Source: Octopus sinensis (Eukaryota). From it: a stretch of 7,805 nucleotides of DNA. The translations under genes were made by a program, and so were the position numbers. Positions 1 through 6,990 of the stretch are shown one piece after another. The stretch lies in NCBI RefSeq assembly GCF_006345805.1, contig NW_021828765.1, forward strand, positions 1 to 7,805, written 5' to 3'. Under the pieces are notes generated by a model, which worked only from the letters and a program-made list of their open reading frames with translations, searched no databases and was not told the DNA's origin. How positions within the stretch are numbered: the stretch's first letter is position 1; every line of letters begins with the position of its first letter.

Positions 1-66
1 TTATTTAGGGGTGTCGAGGATAATATTTTTAGGGGTGTCGCGAAAGAAAAAGTTTGGGAAACCCTG
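1..66. mobile_element. Terminal end of a hAT (Buster/Charlie-like) DNA transposon that continues beyond the window start
   Basis: 51-66 reverse-complements to CAGGGTTTCCCAAACT, 13/16 identical to the hAT end at 2984. The subterminal motif TTTAGGGGTGTCG occurs twice (4-16, 28-40). The flank 67-74, ATCTACGG, fits the NNNTANNN Buster-type target. The other end and second TSD copy are not visible. Confidence 0.7.
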
Positions 67-329
67 ATCTACGGTATTTTTTCTATTCAGTCAGCATTTT
101 AGTAACTGTTTTTAATTGATTAGTTTATCTTTATTAACCAATTCTAATTTCCGTGAAAATATGTAACTAAAGTATTTTTCAAATAAAATTTATCTTAAAA
201 CTTGAATTATTTTAGATAAATTGCCTCAATTCAAACATCTATGTTACAATGAAAAATATTTTGGGTTTTATAAAGTCCAAATAGATTATTCAGAATTTAT
301 CACATAAATATTGTAATGTTTCATCGTCT

Positions 330-515
330 TTACGATAAATAGATTCTATCCTGTTTTGTAGAGGTTGATGCTTGAAGAATAAAAGAATTTTTATTGAAAT
401 GCTATTTCAACATGGGTTCAAAAATGAAAAATCTACATACATGCATTGAATGGTTTCATTCATGCTGGATTTGCAACTAAAAAACAGTTATCTGTTTCGT
501 CGATATACACAAACC
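330..515 (+). pseudogene. Degenerate non-LTR retrotransposon reverse transcriptase, 5' part
   Basis: QHGFKNEKST at 408-437 resembles the QxGFRxxRST motif. FIHAGFATKK and KTVICFVDIHK (to 513) resemble the region leading into DxxKAFD. Several stops and frameshifts; left boundary approximate. Confidence 0.7.
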
Positions 516-549
516 GGTACTTTTGTCGAAGTGGTCGCAGTTTTTTTAG
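516..549 (+). repeat. Merlin TIR (left)
   Basis: GGTACTTTTGTCGAAGTGGTCGCAGTTTTTTTAG, the exact reverse complement of 1547-1580. Confidence 0.97.
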
Positions 550-778
550 AAGATAATTAAAATTAATTAATTTTTTTAGTGAAAAATAGATTATTTAATT
601 TATAACCCTCTATCAATAATTTAAATGGTTATTAAAATTATTTAAAAATTTATTTAACCAATTTAGTCATTTTTAGTACGCGGCATCCAAATTCCAGGAC
701 TGTAGAAGGAATTTATGTCTTTTACAATCTGTGCAAAAGATTCCTTATAGTTCTGTATTTGTTTTCGCCACATAAATT

Positions 779-804
779 CTGAAAAAATAACTAACTAAAA
801 AAAC
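779..804 (-). other. 26-nt spliceosomal intron (Merlin intron 3)
   Basis: GTTTTTTTAGTTAGTTATTTTTTCAG; removal gives SYFA-E-FMWRK. Confidence 0.85.
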
Positions 805-932
805 CTGCGAAATAAGATCCCAGATGATGTCTTACAGCTCCTCTTTGAGCTTTATTCTTGCATTTTGCACTTCCCCACATTCGTTCTACTGTCTGGGTGT
901 GCACTCCCGTCGTTGGATCCACAAAGAATTTT

Positions 933-955
933 CTGAATATATTATATTTCCTTAC
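933..955 (-). other. 23-nt spliceosomal intron (Merlin intron 2)
   Basis: GTAAGGAAATATAATATATTCAG; removal eliminates an in-frame TAA and gives TVNHK-KFFVDP. Confidence 0.88.
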
Positions 956-1140
956 TTATGGTTAACGGTTTCGTGCGTCCACACAGACTTCACGTAAAAA
1001 CATAGCCCAATCGACATATGTATGTTCACCCCAATTGTATTCGTGATGAAGCCATTTGAAGGTATGCCTATCGTAACTCCATAAGTATATGTAGGCGATG
1101 ACATCCTCAAATGGCAATCTACAATTCTCTAACCAGGTAT

Positions 1141-1166
1141 CTAGAATTATTTGAGAGAAATTATAC
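1141..1166 (-). other. 26-nt spliceosomal intron (Merlin intron 1)
   Basis: GTATAATTTCTCTCAAATAATTCTAG; removal joins SIKK-D-TWLEN and extends the 76-aa ORF at 1147..1377. Confidence 0.88.
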
Positions 1167-1546
1167 CTTTTTTAATAGAACATTGGACTCTACAACCAAC
1201 TCTTGAGCATTTCCAATTGAGCTTCGGTCCCAAGACTAATTCCATCTGATGTCCCTTCGGACATATACGTGATTTTGAAAGGATATCCACATTTTGCAGA
1301 AAATGCACTGCATCCTCCTTACTTATTGGGAGCTGTCGGAATTTGATGTTGCATAAGTCCACAACAGAATTTTCCATGTGACCTATAGTGCCAGTTTATA
1401 TCAATATTAGGTACATGCTCGCCATAATATTAAAAAAATTAGAAAATAAATAGTAAAAAATTTAATAATATTTTAAATTATTGATAGAGCGACTTAAATA
1501 AATATAATATATTCCACCTCAAAAATTATTAGATTTTTTAAAAGGC

Positions 1547-1580
1547 CTAAAAAAACTGCGACCACTTCGACAAAAGTACC
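1547..1580 (-). repeat. Merlin TIR (right)
   Basis: Exact inverted copy of 516-549. Confidence 0.97.
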
Positions 1581-2330
1581 CACAAAACCTTGTAACTCAG
1601 TTTCAAGGAAGATTCTATCAAGGAAAATATTTTAAGCAGAGTTTCCAGGGAAGCTCAAAATATGGATCACCAACTTCCTCAGTGGACGAAGAGGCAGGGT
1701 GTGAATCGGAAAACTAAAGTCTATTTAACGTCTCCTGCCCAGCGAAGTATATCAGGGTTCTCCCTTATCTCTTGCTTTATTCGATCTCTTCTTGGAAGAC
1801 CTTCCGCCTCTGGTGCAAGATGATGATATTTTACTGTCTTACGCGAATGACATTGTATTGGCTTCACGGGATCTAAACATCCAGGAGACCAGTGAAAGGA
1901 TCCAATTTAACCTGGATCGGCTCAATGCCTGGTTAATGGATAATCGGTTTGCTACGAATGTTAAGAAGTCATTTATGTCTCTTTTCAATCTAATAAAAGA
2001 TTGGAAGAAAGACAGTTTCTTTAAAGCTGAACAAAGTCATCATATGTTTCAACAGAATTTAGAGGATCATAGGAGTGACTCTTGATATTCATCTCTGCTT
2101 TTCTCCACATGTAGATAGCATATTTCTGAAATGTAAAAAGGAAATGAATGTGTTAAAAAACTTATTGGCAACATGTAAGAATGATTCTTACCCGGTCTTA
2201 GCAAACACATATCATCAATAAATCGAACTATGCATTTTCTACGGTTGTGTTGTATGAGGATTGGTTTTATCTTGGACAAACAGGAGAAAAATCAAGAAGC
2301 AGATTAACCGAACGTTGGTTGTATGGAAAC
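1581..2330 (+). pseudogene. Degenerate non-LTR retrotransposon ORF2 (RT core and downstream region), 3' part
   Basis: WITNFLSGR; SEVYQGSPLS (from GVPQGSxLS); YAND at the YADD position; LDRLNAWLMDN..NVKKS; then in a shifted frame IGVTLD..HVDSI..K and FYGCVV*G. Includes ORF 1792..2085. Right boundary approximate. Confidence 0.85.
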
Positions 2331-2636
2331 GGACGTTCCGGATCGGATCCTCTGAAGGATCTGATTAATCTGAACTCTAGAATGCCGGTCTATGTTGCTA
2401 AAAAACTGACTGGCCGCCGGTGCGGTCTTTTGTGGGCTCGTGGGGAAATCATCGAGCGAAGATGAGGTCGCTCGTGAAATACATCGGGATCACGTGATTA
2501 ATTTGTTCTGTTTTTACCGTGGCTTTGGTGTTAAAAGTATTATTTTATTATTATCTGTTCTATTTTAAATTAGGTTGGAATTTTATAATAATTTTAAATT
2601 TAAACCTAAATTTATCTGATAACCTAAATATTATTA

Positions 2637-2660
2637 CAGTACGACCCCGGTTTGGGGCAG
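2637..2660 (+). repeat. pogo TIR (left)
   Basis: CAGTACGACCCCGGTTTGGGGCAG, the exact reverse complement of 5041-5064. Confidence 0.97.
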
Positions 2661-2674
2661 CATTTTTATCATAG

Positions 2675-2711
2675 TGCCCCAAAAAGCGGGGGTGCCCCAA
2701 AATGCGAGGGT
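2675..2711 (+). repeat. Subterminal 37-bp direct repeat with TGCCCC units, copy 1
   Basis: 34/37 identical to 4988-5024, in the same orientation. Confidence 0.9.
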
Positions 2712-3249
2712 AAAGATTTTTTGTTTTTATTTTCTCCTCAATAGATTTTTATTGCATTTTAGACTATAAATTAAAATTATTTAATATTAATAAAAATTCT
2801 AACATAGTCCTTTCTTAATAAAATTTAAAAATTTTAATAAATCCAACAAAAAATACTATTAAAAGTAATCAGTAATTTTCTCACCGAATTGGTTTTTTTT
2901 CAGTTCTCCTGATAGGTTTTTTCTAAATTCGTAGTAGATTTTCAAAAATTGTGGACATGTACTGAAAATATTATCTTCTAGAGCAGGGGTTCTCAACCTT
3001 TTTAGCTCAAGGGCCAAATCGATAATTAAGATTAGCTTCGCGGGCCGCACAAAAAATATTTTATATATTTTTATATTTTCCAAGCCGGTAACTCGCTTGC
3101 AATTCGAAGTGCAGCCACTGTTGATGCGTAATGAGTTTTTGGACTCTTTTTTTTCTTTTTTTAATTTCCATTTCCTTTATAAAGAAATAAAAGCTAAAAA
3201 ATCTACAAAAGGCGTTGTAACTAAAAAGAAAGTATTATTTGTTTATTCA

Positions 3250-3570
3250 GTTTTTGAAATCCGGAATAAGTGAAGTCGAAGAAGTTCGTAAAAGCTGACG
3301 TAAAATTTTTCGAATTTGTCTTGAGGAATTAATTCGTAAAAATTAATAATGGACGCATTTTTGAACAATGCCGCCAGTTCTATATCATGTTGTAAATTAA
3401 TGAGTTCTAGTTAAAACTTTGCAGGCGCATCCTTAATTTCCACGCTGAATGGAGTTGCGAATATTTTCATTAAAAGAAGGAATTCTTTAAAATTCTAAAA
3501 ATTAAATTTATATAAATGTACCCCAAAACGTGCTTCAAATTGATTAATTAAATCACCAATTATGGATATG
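3250..3570 (-). pseudogene. Remnant of a Buster/Charlie-type hAT transposase C-terminal region
   Basis: LINQFEARFG|NFKEF..IFATPFSVEIKDAPAKF*LELINLQHDIEL..F..INFY, then after an apparent deletion LRTSSTSLIPDF, which resembles the extreme C-terminus of this family. Confidence 0.75.
3495..3521 (-). other. 27-nt spliceosomal intron in the hAT transposase remnant
   Basis: GTACATTTATATAAATTTAATTTTTAG; removal deletes an in-frame TAG and gives FEARFG-NFKE, matching the RFxDF motif. Confidence 0.75.
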
Positions 3571-4987
3571 TTTAACCTTAAGAATAAATAATTAAATTTT
3601 AACTTTATTAAAAAAATATAAAAGTTAGTTACTCTAAAGGGGCCGCAAAAAAAATTCTGGGGGCCACATGCGGCCCCGGGGCCGCATTTGAGAACCGCTG
3701 TTCTAGAGAATTCACGATGTTTATGATTTCTTTAATTGATGATTTTTTAGATTCATATCCATCATAAGTAATTTTGTCCTCAATAATATCTGTCGAATCC
3801 ATTGAAATAACATCTGAAATCACGTCATCTATTAATTCTTCGTCCAACTGTACATTATCCGAAATTTTTGATCTGTTTTCATTTATTTTCTGCCAGCAAT
3901 TAATTCGTTGTCTCTGACTCATTTTCCATGCCTCCCCGACAACTGTAATGACTTGTCTAAGATTGACATTATTCAAATTCAAATCAGAAAGCTGTTCTTT
4001 TTCAATATAAGAGTAAAATCAATCAGTTTATTGAAATAGAGGGACTTGAAGGATTTTATTATTCCCATATCTAGGGGTTGAATTAAAGCGGTCGTATTTT
4101 TGGGAAGAAAAGTAAATAAACATTGGAATATTCTGTATTTCTGTGACAGCTCGCATTATCCAGTATTAAGACATTTTTCTCTTTTCATTGATCATATCTT
4201 GATTTACTTTCCATAACCATTTCCCAAAATTATCACTAGTCATCCACGAATTTTTTGATGCAGCATATAGTACTCCTCCGTGATCCTCAGCGTTAAAATT
4301 TTTTAAACACCTAGGAGATTTGAATTTTCCAATTAATAGAGGTTTTAACTTTTCACCAAGTGCATTACAACAAAGGAGAAGGGTAACTTTCTCTTTGCTC
4401 ATTTTAATTCCATTGCATTTGTCATTAAATTGAACAAAAGATTTCGACGGCGTTCGCTTTATGTATAAAGCTGTTTCATCACAGTTAAAAATATTTTCAC
4501 TTCCTACAGTTTCCAAACAGTTGTCATAATCAGCAAAAAAATTGGAAACCGTAGAAAGGTCAGATGAATTCTTTTCTCCACTTATAGTTTTAAATAGCAA
4601 TCGTGTCTTTTCTTGAACCCGTCTAGCCATCCATTTGATGCCTTAAATGATTCATAATTTATCTTTTAGATAATTTTTTTTGCAATCAGTTTTAAGATAG
4701 TTCCAGAAATTGGAAGAAATTCATCTCTCAGACGTAGAAAAGTTTCAAAAACTAATCTATCTAATTCATTATTTGGATCATGTGATTCCTTGATTCTATC
4801 GGATTCAGTTAATCCCGCGTCAAAATAATAAACAAATTTTGTTTAATGCGAGATAGTACCTGTAGTATTAATTATTAATTAATAATTAATAAATAAACTA
4901 ACATTTTTTAATTAATAATTAAATAAGTGCCCCAAACCGGGTCATCAAAATAAAAATAGAATGAAAAATTTACTGTTTTTCAAAAAC

Positions 4988-5047
4988 TGCCCCTAAAAGC
5001 GGGGGTGCCCCAAAACCCGAGGGTGCCCCACCCATGGGGTCTGCCCC
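4988..5047 (+). repeat. Subterminal array of TGCCCC-headed units with 18-bp period
   Basis: TGCCCC starts at 4988, 5006, 5024 and 5042; an extra TIR-like copy GTGCCCCAAACCGGG lies at 4927-4941. Confidence 0.9.
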
Positions 5048-5064
5048 AAACCGGGGTCGTACTG
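5041..5064 (-). repeat. pogo TIR (right)
   Basis: Exact inverted copy of 2637-2660. Confidence 0.97.
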
Positions 5065-5410
5065 TATACTAAGTCTCCAATGTCCATTTGTTTTATGCTT
5101 TTCAGAATCTTTTAAATCTTTGGTAATTTGCAGACACCAGATTAACATGCCTAATCAACGTGCATCAAATAAGCCAAGAATTTGTCTTTTAAGAGACGAT
5201 ACAAACATAATTTCAATAAAGCGACAGAACCAATATTTTAAATTTGAGAATAAAAAGGATATTTATAAAAAAAGTCCATTTAAAAACATTAAAAATGAGT
5301 CATCTTTTACTAGTTAATAAACGACAATAGTGAAGAATCGGGTTTGAAAAAGCCCTGATTGTCAAAGCAAAGAATATTTGACAAATAACAAAAATATGTT
5401 GTTTTCTAAG

Positions 5411-5915
5411 CTAATTATATATCAAATAGTAGAAAGTAACAATCGAGTAATTGTTGTAAAGATTAATTAGTTTTAGAATTTTTCGTAGAATTTTAGATTC
5501 TACCCTCATCCAAAATATCGCCGTCCGTTGTTGTATTAATTTGATCTTTTTTGTGCCTGATTTTTGTGATTTTGACACTGCATTATTGCTAAAATTCATT
5601 TACCTGGATATTGGTAAACTTTACTTCCTCTGGCTTTTTTCAATATTTTTTCTGAATATTCAGAACTCCTTTCTACTTCTATATTAAATCCACTTTCACA
5701 TTTCATAATGAGTTTATGAATATCTTTGTAACTTTTATTTTTAACATTTATATTGTCAATTTTTAAATGACGTCTTTAACCTGTAAACCAGCTTTTTCAG
5801 CAGGCGAATTGGGAATTATCTCATTTATTATGTGAGTTTTTTGACCCGGAATCGAATCCAAGATGATTCCGTACATAAAGTATGGGCGTTTCAATACTAT
5901 TCTGCGTTGATCCAT
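5411..5915 (-). CDS. PDZ-domain protein (host gene or recent pseudogene); one apparent 1-nt frameshift; 3' end uncertain
   Basis: ATG at 5915: MDQRRIVLKRPYFMYGIILDSIPGQKTHIINEIIPNSPAEKAGLQVKDVI, then with +1 nt at 5765-5767: LKIDNINVKNKSYKDIHKLIMKCESGFNIEVER. PxSPAxxAGLxxxDxI is a PDZ hallmark. A putative 26-nt intron at 5578-5603 joins it to ORF 5411..5599. Confidence 0.75.
5578..5603 (-). other. Putative 26-nt intron in the PDZ gene
   Basis: GTAAATGAATTTTAGCAATAATGCAG; removal deletes an in-frame TGA and opens into the 5411..5599 frame. No conserved motif spans the junction to confirm it. Confidence 0.55.
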
Positions 5916-6204
5916 TTCAGTAAAAGTTTAAAATTAATTCAACAACTTAAAAAATAACTTTAAATTTATTGTCTTCATTAATAAAAAAATAAATTACCTA
6001 AAATTTACAAAGACTGTCTATTTTTCAATCAGCCAAAAAAATGTTTTTCTCGATAGAATTTAATTTTACAAATCCTTTCAATACACAACAGAATTTATAT
6101 TAGTTTGAGTCTTTAGCTGTTGTTAACTAATCAACTTTTTAAAAACCAGGAATAACGACAAGTTGCTTCCCCGTTACCTACCTTTCTCTATAAAAGATTT
6201 ATTG

Positions 6205-6350
6205 AGCGTCCAGCAATAGCTGGATGATACCTTTAAGGTTCCATTGTCGTTTGGAATTGAAAATAAACGCTGGAAAACTCAGAAAATGTAAGATTGCCTC
6301 TTTCCTCTTCCAGAAGTGAACATATTAATTCTTAGGCGTACAAATGCAAA
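6205..6350 (+). pseudogene. Possible highly decayed non-LTR RT fragment
   Basis: Weak similarity, needing compensating indels: QQ*LD..SFGIEINAGKTQKM and FLGV, versus LQxxLD..FGLxINxxKTxxM..YLG. Confidence 0.25.
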
Positions 6351-6839
6351 AGAAGCATCCGACAAGGATATCTCCAAAATTTTTTTTCCTGTGGTCTTGG
6401 TGTTAAAATTTTTTATTCTTTTGTTTCTAATCCAAGAGATCATTAAAGGAATATTCATTCCAACCAATCTAGGTGAGCAATCAATTTTTAAGGTGTAATT
6501 CTAAGTAGGGTATCGTTAGTTTTTCTAAAGTACAAATATATTGAGAATCATACTTATAACTGCTATGGTACTACCTTATTGACATTACAGAAATATTGTG
6601 ATTTAAGTAAATATCTTAAGTTGCTATTTGGTATAACACAATTGAGGAGATGATTTCATAAATCTTATGAATCAGGGGAAACGGAGCAACTTTTAGCTTG
6701 TGTTTTGACAGAATTATCATAGGTACGAGATAGTGAATTAGAAAATTTAATTATTGCCGGCGAAAAAATGATTGTAAAAATGAGATACACGAAAAAATAT
6801 CAATGTTGGAACGACTGTGCTTTTAAGGTCTCAGCATCA

Positions 6840-6990
6840 AATTAATTTATATACAGGACAACGATGCCAATGTTCGGCAGTATCCAATGTATGGTGGACT
6901 TGATGTTGACAAGTATATTGTTGTCAAGCAAACAATTGATCTCTATGTTATCGAAAAAAAGACGGAGAATGGTTATATGGAAATCATAAT
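6840..6990 (-). pseudogene. Possible decayed C-terminal CCHC zinc knuckle of a LINE ORF2
   Basis: CQHQVHHTLDTAEHWHRCPVY (6911-6849) resembles CxxC..DTxEH..CPxY; flanked by stops. Confidence 0.25.

Larger units (their letters stand above)
663..1377 (-). pseudogene. Merlin/ISXO2-like DDE transposase, four exons, catalytic core deleted
   Basis: Exons 1377-1167, 1140-956, 932-805, 778-663. Motifs: CPKGH..WKCSRVGC zinc ribbon, SIKKDTWLE, VDWAMFLREVC, then a deletion near 976, HETVNHKKFFVDPTTGVHTQTVERMW (expected catalytic E), LGSYFAEFMWRK, and TAA at 665-663. The segment with the two catalytic Asp residues is absent. Confidence 0.9.
516..1580 (-). mobile_element. Merlin-superfamily (IS1595/ISXO2-like) DNA transposon, internally deleted, 1065 bp
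   Basis: Perfect 34-bp TIRs starting with GG; near-perfect 8/9-bp TSD (CACAAACC 508-515 vs CACAAAACC 1581-1589); Merlin-type transposase segments on the minus strand; 18-bp subterminal inverted match (608-625 / 1472-1489). Confidence 0.92.
2984..3700 (-). mobile_element. Non-autonomous hAT (Buster/Charlie-like) deletion derivative, 717 bp
   Basis: TIRs CAGGGGTTCTCAA / CAGCGGTTCTCAA (12/13 identical); perfect 8-bp TSD TTCTAGAG at 2976-2983 and 3701-3708; repeated GGGCCGC subterminal motifs; 20-bp palindrome at 3668-3687. Confidence 0.95.
2859..4860 (-). pseudogene. pogo/Tigger-like transposase (CENP-B HTH + DDE_1-type DDD domain), frameshifted and interrupted by hAT
   Basis: ELDRLVF..PISGTILK..FKASNGWLDGFKKRH; FKTISGE; NCDETAL (D1); LIGKFKSPRC; AWMTS-like SWMTS; LILDNASCH (D2); LIQPLDMGIIKSFK (D3, about 29 aa after D2); AWK..NCWQK; C-terminus KITDYF*. 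Covers ORFs 4166..4630, 3629..3982 and the 3' half of 2859..3083. The N-terminal start is not resolved. Confidence 0.92.
2637..5064 (-). mobile_element. pogo/Tigger-type (Tc1/mariner superfamily) DNA transposon, 2428 bp including the nested hAT
   Basis: Perfect 24-bp TIRs starting CAGT; TA at 2635-2636 and 5065-5066; CENP-B-type HTH plus DDD transposase on the minus strand. Confidence 0.95.

Noticed and set aside
2067-2279. ORF of 70 aa on the minus strand
   Set aside because: It is the antisense shadow of the LINE ORF2 remnant.
2247-2465. ORF of 72 aa on the plus strand
   Set aside because: It overlaps the decayed LINE tail, starts with TTG and has no recognisable motif.
3411-3413. TAA at a position where Gln is expected (AKF*LELI), plus other in-frame TAA/TAG, hinting at a ciliate-type genetic code
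   Set aside because: TAA falls at the natural C-termini of both the pogo (TDYF*) and Merlin transposases, decayed regions also contain TGA, and a CAA>TAA transition explains this site.
4860-4902. Possible 43-nt intron (GTTAG..CTACAG) at the 5' end of the pogo transposase
   Set aside because: The acceptor precedes a plausible xTIS helix, but no upstream exon gives an open frame, so it cannot be supported.
4988-5064. Regularly spaced repeats considered as a CRISPR-like array
   Set aside because: The 18-bp period has no unique spacers, the context is eukaryotic, and the array is explained as transposon subterminal repeats.
5120-5317. ORF of 65 aa on the plus strand
   Set aside because: TTG start, AT-rich, no recognisable motif; it could be a terminal exon but nothing supports this.
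5651-5664. Short palindromes and hairpins (TCTGAATATTCAGA; also TTGACAA..TTGTCAA near 6906-6927)
   Set aside because: Expected by chance in AT-rich DNA, with no associated structure.
6279-6498. Overlapping ORFs 6279..6467 (-) and 6316..6498 (+); SDASFA resembles a copia RNase H motif
   Set aside because: The surrounding copia motifs are absent or out of order, the starts are non-ATG and the ORFs are short.
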